Shown: positions 29,285 to 40,114 of the stretch, in pieces
Layout: each line of letters starts with the position of its first letter
Numbering within the stretch: the first letter of the stretch is position 1
Assembly: GCA_963555755.3 (NCBI GenBank)
Contig: OY820905.2
Span: 4,256,001 to 4,320,000, forward strand
Reading direction: 5' to 3'
Length of the DNA stretch: 64,000 nucleotides
DNA from: Nitrospirales bacterium
GTDB taxonomy: Bacteria; Nitrospirota; Nitrospiria; Nitrospirales; UBA8639
Position numbers and translations under genes: made by a program
The notes under the pieces: generated by a model
The model's database searches: none
What the model saw: only the letters and a program-made list of their open reading frames with translations
What the model was told of the DNA's origin: nothing

Positions 29285-29737
29285 CTAATTCAGCGATTGG
29301 GGCTTTGAAGCAGGCATTTCAATGGTTCCGTTAAACGTGACCCCTTCTTCCATGAAAAGGGACGGTGTGAGGATTGAGCCGTCGAGGACCGCTGGTGCCA
29401 GTAATTGGACTTTGTCTTGTGTGGTAATGTCACCTGTAATGTGTCCTTTGCAAATGACGGCTTGGGCCGTAATTTTTCCCGTGAGGACGGCTTGCTCTCC
29501 CAAATAGAGTGTCCCATTGGCATGAACTTCTCCGTCCAGCAGTCCATCAATGCGAACGTTGCCCTGGTATGTGATGATGCCTTTAAACTCGACCCCGTGT
29601 CCGATAAAGGCTGCGACATTGGTTTGGTCCATCCCTATTCCTCCCTGGTTACTGTGGTGGGAACCGTGCTCTGGGTTTATTGAAGATTTGACAGTTGCTG
29701 TTGATGCTTCTTCGAATTCAAGGCCGGTATTCATCAT
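29285..29737 (-). CDS. Bactofilin
   Basis: AFIG.GVEFKG.I...GNVRIDG.LDG...MEEGVTFNG. Confidence 0.92.
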   Translation of the reverse strand: MMNTGLEFEEASTATVKSSINPEHGSHHSNQGGIGMDQTNVAAFIGHGVEFKGIITYQGNVRIDGLLDGEVHANGTLYLGEQAVLTGKITAQAVICKGHITGDITTQDKVQLLAPAVLDGSILTPSLFMEEGVTFNGTIEMPASKPQSLN

Positions 29738-30259
29738 AGGGTTCTTTCTCCACTTCCCAGGTACAAGTTTTTCTCTCCTGTTCCATCAATCCTGGTACTG
29801 ATCTGGTGTCGTTCTCTCCTGTCCCTCACGTTTTTCGGTTGTTTCTGGAGATAACTTAATCATTTTTTGGATTGCACGATTTTTTGGTCCAGAATGGTGA
29901 TGTTTCTCGATCAAACCTTTCGTTGAGGAGAGGGCTTTTCCACGGTAAGGCCCTCATTCAACCTAGAAACGGCGGTTTCAAGGTTCAATCAATGAGTCAT
30001 AAAACACATGATTGGCCATCGAAAGTGTCAGGATTTTTTCTCCTGTGGGATACGTGAATATCCTTTACCCGTAGGTGGATTCCTATACATTTTTTGGATT
30101 TCCGCATATTTCTCTCAACAGGGTGTCGGAAAATTTTCCAATTGTTTGCGAGGGGATCTGGTTTCTCCTTGGGCATGAGATCCGTGGAGAGATGGAAATT
30201 TTTTAGAATTTTCATGGGGTCAGAAAAGGTGTACGCCCAATGACGTATGTGAAACAAGC

Positions 30260-30276
30260 TTGGCATTGAATTTGTA
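30260..30276 (+). promoter_or_regulatory. Sigma54-like -24/-12 promoter
   Basis: TTGGCAT-N5-TTGTA (GT instead of GC at -12), upstream of an AGGAGG RBS and ATG 30373. Confidence 0.35.
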
Positions 30277-30639
30277 GAGTGCCAGGGTAGGATAGGATGT
30301 GATTTCGAAGCGAGGCCGTGTCGTGGAAGTGAGGGACAGAGAGCGGTCTGATTACACCCAAGGAGGTGCCCCATGAACTTTTCTCACCGAATGCTTGCTC
30401 ATCTCTCCATAGGGGTGATGATAGTAGGAAGGGTAAGTGTGGTGGCCGCCGCGCCCATTCCCGAGGGAAATTCACTCATGTATTCATATATTCATATGAG
30501 AAGGGATTCGACACCATCAAACAGGGTCGTAACATTCGTTCGAAGGATTCTTTGGGTCAAGGATGTTGGAATCGTCCATCTCAAGGTGCGGATGGCTATT
30601 CCTTCGTACTCAATGAGCCCAAAGAGGCTGATTGTTTCT

Positions 30640-31212
30640 CTATGGTAGGTGGTAAAACGACTTGGATGTATGCACCAGGCTGCACCAGTTTTGGGTTTTC
30701 TGGGAATCGAATACCCAACGGGCCTTTGTTCCGTTGATGATCAGTTGGTGACAAATGTAGGGAACATGATTGTCCGTTCTTCTCACCCGGTTCTCGGACG
30801 GGTTGATGTGCCGGCTCAGATTTCCGGAACCCAGAAGCCCCTTTCCTCCGTGGTTTCGGTCAATCAACAGGAAGCCACTTTTTTGAATACATTCAGCTCG
30901 CCAATTCGAATGAATCACCCTCTTATGCCCCAAGACGTTCGATTTGATCGAATGAGTCATGAGTTGTTTGATACTGATGATGCCGATGGGGTCAGCCTGG
31001 TCCAGGACTTTGACCATCAGCTAGTCATGTCGGGAAAATTGGCCCATCTGATTCCAAAGACGGCAAAAGGCCCAAGGGACTTTGAGTTGGGAGATTTAGT
31101 CTTTTTGCTACTTTTTGCGATTGTGCCAGAGAAAAAACAGATTAAGGGCTTACTGCACGGGATCCGTCACTTTCGGATGTTCTAAGGTGATGAGTGTAGA
31201 TTGTTCTGCCAT
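30640..31212 (-). pseudogene. Decayed gene with four in-frame stops (possibly GNAT-like)
   Basis: One frame from ATG 31212 (MAEQSTLITLEHP...) runs through 4 TAA/TAG codons into ORF 30640-31017; the + strand ORF 30649-31185 reads like its antisense shadow. Confidence 0.35.
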
Positions 31213-32061
31213 GAGTGGCGTTCAAAGGCATCTAGGCTATGGGCTTCGCCAAGAGTGTTCGGATACCCGGTATGGTGAGATGTCGCAGTATAAGTTTAAG
31301 AGGAACTATTTCCTTCTCACACCGTTATGGAGTGCCGCATAATTTTTGGCCTTGTAAAATTTTCCTGACCGACGTGTTGTCCGTGGCACTCCTACCCTCC
31401 CTGGAGATCACACGTTTCCCTCACTTCCACGTTACGCGTTTTTCCCTGATTTGAACAGAGTGGAATCGTCACTTCCCCTCGTGACTCGCCTGCCACTGGA
31501 TATCGCATAAATGAACTGAGTGGGCGGAGAGGTTGGACTCAGAGTCTTTTCTGTATCGTGTCAAAAGTTTGTGAGAGCTGCCCCAGACTAGTTGTGACAA
31601 CGATTTCACCTCCAAGCAGGGGAAACTGTGATTCTCAGGGAGGAGGGGGATGGCTTCTCATTTCATGATTTTCGTGCAAGGTGGCTGTATATGGAGGGTA
31701 AGAAAACCGTGATGCGTCGGATATCGCTGGGACGCTCTGGTCGTCAGATCCTTTTGTCGGGCGTAGGGGCTCCTCAAACCCAGGCCGGTTAAGTTCGCTG
31801 GGAGCATGACCGAATAGAGTCAGATGTCAATGTACAGGTTGTCTGATTTTCAAAAATGGACAAGACAGCGATTCCCTGCGTTGAAAAGCGAAATAGCATT
31901 ACTAATTCGAAAAATTCACCATAAACTGTTAAGTCCGTTCGACGATTTGCCGAATTAAATGCCAAGAAACGGTTCTTGTCCCAATTGCATGACCAGTCCA
32001 GAAGTTCAGGAGTCCATGTCTATCAACTAATCGGTTGTTTTTTGATCAGAGGAGGTCAGTT

Positions 32062-32688
32062 ATGAAAATGCTGAAGGCAATGTGTGTCGGGTTAGCGATT
32101 TGTGGAAGTGCCTGGGTCGGAACGGCTTGGGCAGGTTCTGGGACGATGGGGGGAACTGACACGTCAAATTTTATTGTGACCAGCGATTATATCATTGGGC
32201 CACAGGATGTGTTGGAAATTAGCGTGTGGCGAAACCCTGATCTCTCCCGTCAAGTGACGGTGCGACCTGACGGGAGGATTTCACTTCCTTTGATCGGCGA
32301 TGTTGACGCGGTGAGCAAAACGACAGGGGAATTGAAAAACGCGATTACCGAGAAGCTTAAGGAGTACAAAGAAAATCCCACCGTGGCGATTGTCGTGCAA
32401 CAGGTGAATAGCTATTTTGTGTACGTTAATGGTGCGGTAGGGTCACAGGGTCGATTCCCCTTGTTAACGAAGACATCCTTGATTCAACAGTTAACCCTGG
32501 CTGGAGGATTGGCCCCTGATGCTGTTCGCAGTCGGATTGTCGTGTTCCGCATGGGTAGCGAGGGAGCAGAGCCACAACGAATGATGGTGAACTATGACGA
32601 TATCATATTGCGTGGTGCTGCAAACTTTGATCTTCAACCAGGCGATACGATTGTGGTGCCCTCTGAAACGATGGTGTTGTTGCCATAA
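32062..32688 (+). CDS. Polysaccharide export protein (Wza/OPX family)
   Basis: YIIGPQDVLEISVW, VRPDGRISLPLIG, LQPGDTIVVP; GGAGG RBS. Confidence 0.92.
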   Translation: MKMLKAMCVGLAICGSAWVGTAWAGSGTMGGTDTSNFIVTSDYIIGPQDVLEISVWRNPDLSRQVTVRPDGRISLPLIGDVDAVSKTTGELKNAITEKLKEYKENPTVAIVVQQVNSYFVYVNGAVGSQGRFPLLTKTSLIQQLTLAGGLAPDAVRSRIVVFRMGSEGAEPQRMMVNYDDIILRGAANFDLQPGDTIVVPSETMVLLP

Positions 32689-32706
32689 CGGAAAGGGAAT
32701 CATGTC

Positions 32707-33342
32707 ATGCACAGAAGGTGGATTATGAAAACTCGTTTTACTCAGTTCATCGTATTAGTCGTGATGGCTGTAGGTATAGGGATATCAGGTTGTGCCTCCT
32801 CCCATGAGCCCCGACTCGTGGTGGCTCCGGGTCCTCCAGAGGAAGGCTTCCGGTTAGGAGCTGAAGATATTATCGATGTTGTCGTGTTTCGCAGCCCTGA
32901 CCTTTCGCGTACCGATTTGGTGATCCGGCCTGACGGTAAAGTGTCATTGCCTTTGATTGGGGAGGTCCGGGCTGAAGGACTAACAGCCGATCAATTAGCC
33001 AAGAATATTACAGAAAAATTCAAATCGTACAAAGACAATCCGGCCGTGTCCGTGAGTGTAAAAGCGGTCAATAGCTACAATATCTTTGTGCTTGGGGAGG
33101 TCAAAACTCCAGGAAAATTGGCTTTAAAATCGTATACCACGATGTTACAAGCGATTACGTTGGCCGGCGGCTTCACAGAATTTGCCGAGGAAAATGCGAT
33201 GCAGGTGGTTCGGCATACGGTGACGGAAGACGGCCAGACTCAGGAAATCCGAATTCCCGTGAACTACGATTCTCTGCTGTCAGAAGACGGGGCCAAGTAT
33301 AACTTTATCCTGCGGCCAGGCGATACGATCGTCGTGCCGTAA
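32707..33342 (+). CDS. Polysaccharide export lipoprotein (Wza/OPX family)
   Basis: Lipobox ISGC, IRPDGKVSLPLIGEV, LAGGFT, LRPGDTIVVP. Confidence 0.92.
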   Translation: MHRRWIMKTRFTQFIVLVVMAVGIGISGCASSHEPRLVVAPGPPEEGFRLGAEDIIDVVVFRSPDLSRTDLVIRPDGKVSLPLIGEVRAEGLTADQLAKNITEKFKSYKDNPAVSVSVKAVNSYNIFVLGEVKTPGKLALKSYTTMLQAITLAGGFTEFAEENAMQVVRHTVTEDGQTQEIRIPVNYDSLLSEDGAKYNFILRPGDTIVVP

Positions 33343-33495
33343 AGTCTGCGGCTTGGGCCAGAGGTGTCCTGTTCAACGAGATTGACAAGCACTCTGGTCC
33401 ACGCGTGCCGAGGAGACGGAGAAGCGTGAGCTGGTGAATCGTGTGTCACCGTTACATGGTGTAGGGGTTGGGCGAAGATAATTTTTTCTTGAACG

Positions 33496-35856
33496 ATGGA
33501 GCGAAATCCTATGGAACAGCATGGCATGGAACGAAAAGGCCTGGAATATATGGGGCGTGGCGCATCCCCATCCCTTCAGGGGAAAGTCAGGGACTATGTT
33601 GACATTGCGATCCGCCGCAAATGGCTCATTATCTCAATCGTCATGATTTCGGTAGGAGTTGCTGGCACGGTAGCCTGGTTTAAGAAAGACGTCTATCGCT
33701 CGAGTACCGTCATTCTGGTCGAGCAACAGACGATTCCTGAAAAGTATGTGTCCTCGGTGCTGGATGATGTGGCGAGCCGAGTCTCGACGATTACGCAACA
33801 AGTGCTGAGTCGAACCAGTTTGGTGAAAGTGGTCGAGGAATTCGGATTGTTTCAGGATTTGGTTCAGAAAGCAGGGTATGAACAAGCGATTCTCAGAATG
33901 AGGGAAAATATTCAGGTTGAGACCAAGGGGCGGAAACGGATTGAAGCCTTTACCATTTCATATGCCCATGAAGATCCCACCACTGCGATGAAAGTCACAT
34001 CGAGGTTGGCCTCACAATATATTGAAGAAAACTTGAAGTTGCGTGAGCAATTTGTAGAAGGTGCTTCGGATTTCTTGGAAACGGAACTCCGCTCGGCTCG
34101 AAATGAACTTGAATCCAAAGAATCCGCATTAGGTCAATTTAAAAAGAAGTATATGGGTGAATTGCCGAGTCAGTTGGAGGCCAACATCAGAACCCTGGAT
34201 CGATTACAAGCTGAGCGCGTCTCCACCCAAGAATCCGTCAATACCTTAAACAATCGGCTCATGCTCGTGGAACAGGCTATTCACGATTATGAAACATCGG
34301 GAGCGGTGAGCGCGAATTCTGAAATCAATGTGAGCGGAGGAGGCAGGCGTGGGCGGCCCGTTGACCCACAAATGGTCCAACTGAAGAAACTTGAACAGGA
34401 CCTTGTTCGGTTAACAGCCGAGTACACCGATCTGTATCCTGATGTGATTCTGCTCAAGCAGCAGATTAGTCTGTTAAAGGCCGAGCTTGCTGACAAATAT
34501 GGTATGTCTGTGGAAGTGCCCGTCAGTCCAGAAACGATTCGGATCTTTGATCCGTACTTGAAGAGATTGGTGAAGGATCGTGGTGAGCTCAAATTCAAGA
34601 TTGCAACCCACAACAATCGTATAAACACAGTTGGCACTTCCATGGAGACGCTGGAAGGGCGGGTCGACCGGACGGCGGCTCGAGAGCAGGCGTTGCTGTC
34701 ACTAGATCGTGACTATGCCAACATGCAGAAAAATTATCAGGGATTGTTGGCTAAGCGCCTCAATGCTCGAATTGCCGAAAATCTGGAGAAACGTCAAAAA
34801 GGTGAACGCTTTAGAATCTTAGACCCCGCCAATCTGCCCAGTACCCCAGAGGGACCTGAACGTTTCCTCATCCTGCTGATGGGGTTGGGAGTCGGGTTGG
34901 GCTTGGGATATGGCCTCGCGTTTGTGATCGAACAATGGAATCCGACATTCCGTCGCTCTGAAGAAGCGGAGGTCTCTCTCGGATTTCCGATTTTGGCCAC
35001 GATCCCCAGTTTTCAAATGGCCTATGGCAAGTCTCCAGATGGGCTCCTGGTGGGAGGATCATTTGGGTCCACGGCCGATAGCTTATTGGGTAGCGCGGAT
35101 GCGAATGGGGAGTTGCTAGCCAAACCCTCGGGTTCTGAAAGGTGGCGAGCCGGATGGACTCCGGGTCCCTCGTTGGTCAGTCGTTGGAGACCCAACTCCA
35201 TTGTTGCCGAACAATATCGAGTTGCGGCGACTCGGTTGGTCTTGATGAATGATGATCGGGCCAATACCGTGGTGCTGGCCACGAGTGCGATGAAAGGTGA
35301 AGGCAAAACATCCTCTGTTGTGAATCTCGGGTATACCTTGGCTCGTGATTTAGAGAAACAAGTCTTATTGATCGGGTGTGATTTTAAGGCTCCGCGTTTG
35401 CATAAGGCGATGGGTATGCCCGCTGCCCCGGGTTTGGCCGATTACTTCCATGGCAATGTTGAGTTGGAAAATTGTATTCATCGCATGGAAGAGGTGCCTC
35501 TGTGGGTCTTGCCCGCGGGAGCAATCGAAGAGCATGCGGTCTCACTGTCACGTCTCCCGCAGCTCGCTTCTATGATTGAATCCCTGCGGTCCCGGTTTGA
35601 CTATATTATCTTAGATGCACCGCCTATTCTGCCCCTGGCCGATATGAACGTCCTGGCCGGATTGGCCGATGTGTTGGTCTTGGTGGTTCGAGCAGGTGTC
35701 ACTCCGCAAGAGATTGTGGTGAAAGCGATGGATATGCTGCGACCCACAGTTCAGGCTCGGATCTTGTTGACAGATGCGTCATCACAGGGCATGCCGTATT
35801 TTATGCCACAAGAAGTCTATGGGGATCCATATACCGCGGCTAGAGCCCAGGGATGA
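33496..35856 (+). CDS. wzc: Wzc-like chain-length determinant fused to a tyrosine autokinase
   Basis: Two TM segments flanking a coiled coil; AEQYR, SAMKGEGKT Walker A, IILDAPPILP. Confidence 0.9.
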   Translation: MERNPMEQHGMERKGLEYMGRGASPSLQGKVRDYVDIAIRRKWLIISIVMISVGVAGTVAWFKKDVYRSSTVILVEQQTIPEKYVSSVLDDVASRVSTITQQVLSRTSLVKVVEEFGLFQDLVQKAGYEQAILRMRENIQVETKGRKRIEAFTISYAHEDPTTAMKVTSRLASQYIEENLKLREQFVEGASDFLETELRSARNELESKESALGQFKKKYMGELPSQLEANIRTLDRLQAERVSTQESVNTLNNRLMLVEQAIHDYETSGAVSANSEINVSGGGRRGRPVDPQMVQLKKLEQDLVRLTAEYTDLYPDVILLKQQISLLKAELADKYGMSVEVPVSPETIRIFDPYLKRLVKDRGELKFKIATHNNRINTVGTSMETLEGRVDRTAAREQALLSLDRDYANMQKNYQGLLAKRLNARIAENLEKRQKGERFRILDPANLPSTPEGPERFLILLMGLGVGLGLGYGLAFVIEQWNPTFRRSEEAEVSLGFPILATIPSFQMAYGKSPDGLLVGGSFGSTADSLLGSADANGELLAKPSGSERWRAGWTPGPSLVSRWRPNSIVAEQYRVAATRLVLMNDDRANTVVLATSAMKGEGKTSSVVNLGYTLARDLEKQVLLIGCDFKAPRLHKAMGMPAAPGLADYFHGNVELENCIHRMEEVPLWVLPAGAIEEHAVSLSRLPQLASMIESLRSRFDYIILDAPPILPLADMNVLAGLADVLVLVVRAGVTPQEIVVKAMDMLRPTVQARILLTDASSQGMPYFMPQEVYGDPYTAARAQG

Positions 35857-36911
35857 GCACAGGGCCGTTGTCGGGCCCACAGGAGAAAGCCCGGACAGCG
35901 ATTTCATTTTTTGATCACGTTCTGCACTCGCTGGATACCCGAAAACGGGTTCTGATTCTTGGTGACAGCGACCTGATGGGGGACTTGATCAGTGTCCTGA
36001 CTGCCAAGCGTCGTCATTGGTATGACGTCGTGGGGGTCCTCACGAAAGAAGTCACTCGGGTGGGGCAGTCTATCCATGGCAAGACGATCCTGGGCACGAT
36101 TGACGAGTTATTTGAAACGGTCGAACGGTTTCGGGTGCAGACCATTGCCATCTGTGTGACCGACCGTCGGGGTAGCATGCCCTTGGATACGCTGTTGGAC
36201 TTAAAATCCATGGGGTTGGAGGTTATTGATGGGCATCAGCTGTATGAGAGTGAATGTGGGCGGCTCTCCATCGACGAATTAAAGCCGAGTGCCCTGATTT
36301 TTTCCACAGGATTCCACCGGCGTCCCGGCATGTTGTTATTCAAACGCTTGGAAGACATGATTGGGGCGTTGTTGGGGTTGGTGATCTTGGCGCCACTCAT
36401 GGCGCTCATTGGCCTGCTTATCAAGTTCGATTCGGCTGGACCTGCGTTGTATAAACAAACTCGAATCGGACTGCGGGGCTGTCCGTACGTGCTGTGGAAA
36501 TTTCGATCGATGTGCCAGGATTCCGAGGGGGATACCGCCCAGTGGGCTCAATTAAGCGATGGTCGGGTGACCCGAGTGGGTCGGTGGATTCGGTTACTCC
36601 GAGTCGATGAAGTACCTCAACTCTTCAATATCCTAAAGGGCGAAATGAGTCTGGTGGGGCCTCGACCCGAGCGCCCCCTGTTTGTGCAGAATTTGCGTCA
36701 ACACATTCCCTATTATGACTTGCGTCATACCATTCGCCCTGGTCTTACCGGGTGGGCCCAAATCCGTTTTAACTATGCCGCCTCGGTTGAAGACTCGCAT
36801 ATGAAATTGCAGTATGACCTCTATTACGTGAAGCATTTGTCGGTCTGGTTTGATCTGTCCATTCTCTTTCGAACCATTCGGGTCGTCCTGATGGGATCTG
36901 GAGCCCGCTGA
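35853..36911 (+). CDS. Priming sugar (phospho)transferase, XrtA/PEP-CTERM-system type
   Basis: KFRSM, RVTRVG..IR..RVDEVPQ..N.LKGEMSLVGPRPERP, RPGLTGWAQ, YDLYYVK. Confidence 0.92.
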   Translation: MSTGPLSGPQEKARTAISFFDHVLHSLDTRKRVLILGDSDLMGDLISVLTAKRRHWYDVVGVLTKEVTRVGQSIHGKTILGTIDELFETVERFRVQTIAICVTDRRGSMPLDTLLDLKSMGLEVIDGHQLYESECGRLSIDELKPSALIFSTGFHRRPGMLLFKRLEDMIGALLGLVILAPLMALIGLLIKFDSAGPALYKQTRIGLRGCPYVLWKFRSMCQDSEGDTAQWAQLSDGRVTRVGRWIRLLRVDEVPQLFNILKGEMSLVGPRPERPLFVQNLRQHIPYYDLRHTIRPGLTGWAQIRFNYAASVEDSHMKLQYDLYYVKHLSVWFDLSILFRTIRVVLMGSGAR

Positions 36912-36913
36912 CC

Positions 36914-37831
36914 ATGGAAGAGCCCACGATCGTTCATCGTACGCATTGTTTGACTTTTGATATCGAGGAGCATTTTCAGGTCGCGGCCTTTGATAGCCCG
37001 GCGAGACGCCGCCAATGGCAATCGCTAGAAAGTCGTGTCGAACGCAATACGGAAAAGATTCTGGAATGTTTAGAGGCTCATCATGTGAAGGCCACCATGT
37101 TTGTCTTGGGGTGGGTAGCCGAACGATGTCCTCAATTAATTCGACGGATGGCTGAGGCTGGGCATGAAATTGCTTCGCATGGATATGGACACGATCTCAT
37201 TACTGTTCTGACTCGTGATCAATTTCGTGAAGACGTGAAACGGGCCAAAGCCGTGTTGGAAGATGCCACGGGCATGCCGGTTATCGGTTATCGTGCCCCT
37301 ACCTTTACCATCACACAAGAAACATTGTGGGCGCTCCCCATCCTCCTGGAGGAGGGGTATGCCTACGATTCAAGTATATTTCCGGTGTATCATGACCAAT
37401 ACGGAATCCCTGGGGCCAATCCCTCACCTCACTTATTATCCACGCATTCCGGCGCGTTATGGGAAGTGCCTCCTTCGACCTGTAAAATTGGGTGGATGAG
37501 GATTCCGGTGGCGGGTGGAGGCTATTTTCGATTTTTTCCCTTTTGGCTTCTGGTCCGTCTCATGCGAAAAGTTGAACGGGAGGGTGAGTCGTTAGTGTTC
37601 TACCTGCATCCATGGGAGTTTGATCAGGACCAACCGCGTATGATGGGGCCTCTTCGATCGCGACTTCGTCACTACTGTAATCTCAGTAAGACGGAGGAAC
37701 GGTTTCGTCGGTTGATCCAGGAGTTTTCTTTTGCTCCCATTCGGGAATCCCTTCCCATGATTGGGCGATTATATTGTCGCCCTGACCATGACCCGAGTGG
37801 CGTGTTTTGTTCAATGTCAGCAACGGGATAA
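36914..37831 (+). CDS. Polysaccharide deacetylase (XrtA-system type)
   Basis: TFDIEEHF, HEIASHGYGH, GYRAP.F, GGGYFR, FYLHPWE.D. Confidence 0.92.
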   Translation: MEEPTIVHRTHCLTFDIEEHFQVAAFDSPARRRQWQSLESRVERNTEKILECLEAHHVKATMFVLGWVAERCPQLIRRMAEAGHEIASHGYGHDLITVLTRDQFREDVKRAKAVLEDATGMPVIGYRAPTFTITQETLWALPILLEEGYAYDSSIFPVYHDQYGIPGANPSPHLLSTHSGALWEVPPSTCKIGWMRIPVAGGGYFRFFPFWLLVRLMRKVEREGESLVFYLHPWEFDQDQPRMMGPLRSRLRHYCNLSKTEERFRRLIQEFSFAPIRESLPMIGRLYCRPDHDPSGVFCSMSATG

Positions 37832-37856
37832 CCGAAGAAGTTGTGGGAGAATACCA

Positions 37857-38426
37857 ATGATTATGTCTTCATCTCTTGATATTCCCTATTCCTTTCCCAC
37901 TGAGCCGATGGGATTCTCACCGGAATCGCCGTTGTCTTGGTTTCTTGTCCATGTGAAACCTCGGGCTGAAAAGGTGTCAACATTACATCTGGATCAGCTC
38001 GGACTCGAAGTTTTTTGCCCTCAGCTCACACAGGAAAAAATCATTCGACGTGTTCGACGCGAGGTGGTGGGGCCCTTATTCCCAGGGTATGTGTTTGTGA
38101 AGTTTGATCCCATGTTTCACTATCGGGCCGTCCAGTTCTCTATAGGCGTTCGAAAAGTCGTCAGCTTTGGAAACACCCTCGCGCGGGTGGATTCATCAAT
38201 CATTGAAGAGGTACGCGCGAGAATAACTCAGGGGTGCGTTCACGTGTCAAACTGTTCTTCTTTCCAACCGGGTCAAAAGGTTCGAATTCATGATGGTCCC
38301 TTGAAGGGCTTCGAAGCGATCTTTGAGTGTGAAATGAGTGATCGCCGACGAGTGACCCTGCTGTTGGATACGGTGGCCTATCAAGCTCGAGTCATAGTGC
38401 CGGTCGACCAAATCGCCAATCTGTAA
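37857..38426 (+). CDS. NusG/RfaH-family transcription antitermination factor
   Basis: W..V.VKPR.E, PLFPGYVFV, KOW motif GQKVRI..GPLKGFEA; start approximate. Confidence 0.88.
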   Translation: MIMSSSLDIPYSFPTEPMGFSPESPLSWFLVHVKPRAEKVSTLHLDQLGLEVFCPQLTQEKIIRRVRREVVGPLFPGYVFVKFDPMFHYRAVQFSIGVRKVVSFGNTLARVDSSIIEEVRARITQGCVHVSNCSSFQPGQKVRIHDGPLKGFEAIFECEMSDRRRVTLLLDTVAYQARVIVPVDQIANL

Positions 38427-38895
38427 GAGATCAAGCCCAATTTCAGACGTATGTGAATGGGTGTGCTTTCCAGAGGACAGGGGAGCCTGAGTCGATTCGT
38501 GCGTCAACATTGGGTAGGGACTGCCATCGATGGGTAGGCAAGTTTCGTACAATGTGTCGTGGATTCGTTAAGAAAGAGAGCCCCGAACCCGAAAATACTG
38601 ATAGTAAGTCTAGGGATCTCTGAAGATTCTCCAAGGGTAGGAAGGGGACGACTTCTCTTTTTCACTGAGGTCGGCCGGGCCTGAGGAAAAGCTAATTGGG
38701 GAAGAGATTCAACAACGTAATTGAAGATAAAAAGCCGGACATGCACCGGAATGGCGGCAGCCTGCGTATCAGACCTTACCGAATGTTGAGTGGGTGCGAG
38801 ACGTGTACAAAACAAGCCGTATGCAGGTCACTCAAGACGCGTCGAGTCTATCACCCGAGCAATTTCCTGTAGACGGTTAGGCTGGGACGTGGAAG

Positions 38896-39867
38896 TTAAC
38901 CTGCTAAGAGCGAAGCATGACGAATCCGCTCTTCAAAATACTCAATGGTTTTGGGTAGCCCCTCTTTGAGTGAAATCCGAGGTTCCCATCCAAGTTTTTC
39001 TTTCGCCAAACTAATATCAGGGCAACGTTGAGTCGGATCATCTGATGGTAGTGATGTGTACTCGAGTGTAGATTTCGTGCCGGTGAGGTCAATAATCAGT
39101 TGGGCCACTTCAGTGATCGTACATTCTTCGGGATTGCCCAAATTCAGCGGGCCGGGAAAATCGTCGGGACTGTTCATGAAGGCAATGATGGCTTGAATGA
39201 GGTCATCGACATAGCAGAAAGATCGTGTCTGTGACCCGTCACCGAAAATTGTGATGGGGCGGTTCAGCAACGCTTGAATAATGAAGTTGGAAATGACTCG
39301 ACCATCATTGGGGTGCATGTGCGGGCCGTATGTATTAAAAATACGCCCCACTTTGACGGGCAGTTGAAATTGCCGGTAATAGTCAAAGAATAATGTTTCC
39401 GCGCACCGCTTCCCTTCATCGTAACAGGCACGCTGCCCTATGGGATTGACGTTTCCCCAGTAACCCTCTTTTTGAGGATGGACATGAGGGTCCCCGTACA
39501 CTTCACTGGTTGAGGCTTGAAAGATTTTTGCCTTGAGTCGCCTCGTGAGTCCCAACATGTTGATGGCTCCGTGGACGTTTGTTTTGGTGGTTTGGACCGG
39601 ATCAAATTGGTAGTGAATGGGTGAAGCCGGACAGGCGAGGTTATAAATCTCATCCACTTCGACGTAGAGGGGAATCGTGATATCATGTCGGATAACTTCA
39701 AATTGAGGATGATACAGTAGCGGAATAATGTTATCTCTGGTGCCGGTATAAAAATTGTCCGCGCAGATAATTTCATTCCCTTGATCAAGAAGTGTCCGAC
39801 ACAGATGAGAGCCGAGGAATCCAGCTCCGCCTGTTACAAGCACGCGTTTTCGTTGAAACTGATTCAT
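38896..39867 (-). CDS. UDP-glucuronate decarboxylase (UDP-xylose synthase)
   Basis: [48 protein letters not shown]. Confidence 0.95.
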   Translation of the reverse strand: MNQFQRKRVLVTGGAGFLGSHLCRTLLDQGNEIICADNFYTGTRDNIIPLLYHPQFEVIRHDITIPLYVEVDEIYNLACPASPIHYQFDPVQTTKTNVHGAINMLGLTRRLKAKIFQASTSEVYGDPHVHPQKEGYWGNVNPIGQRACYDEGKRCAETLFFDYYRQFQLPVKVGRIFNTYGPHMHPNDGRVISNFIIQALLNRPITIFGDGSQTRSFCYVDDLIQAIIAFMNSPDDFPGPLNLGNPEECTITEVAQLIIDLTGTKSTLEYTSLPSDDPTQRCPDISLAKEKLGWEPRISLKEGLPKTIEYFEERIRHASLLAG

Positions 39868-40114
39868 GGTGTGGTGTTGTAGCGGAAGATTGAGTGAAGC
39901 ATCTGCAATTTCAGGATCTACAATGAAGAGCCGCTGACAATATAGCAAACGTGGTTGCTGCCAGCAATCTTTCCTTTCAATTTAGAAATCGCAGTTGGAT
40001 CACAACAGTCCGTTCAAGCTCTTGGCGCATCTGGCACAATACAAAGGACGGGTTCCTAGAGAAACGTACGGCACTGCGCACAGTGTATTCCCCTTCATGA
40101 GGAAGAAGAGACCT

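Noticed and set aside
30649..31185. 178-aa + strand ORF as a real gene
   Set aside because: No recognisable motifs or RBS; it reads like the antisense shadow of a decayed minus-strand frame.
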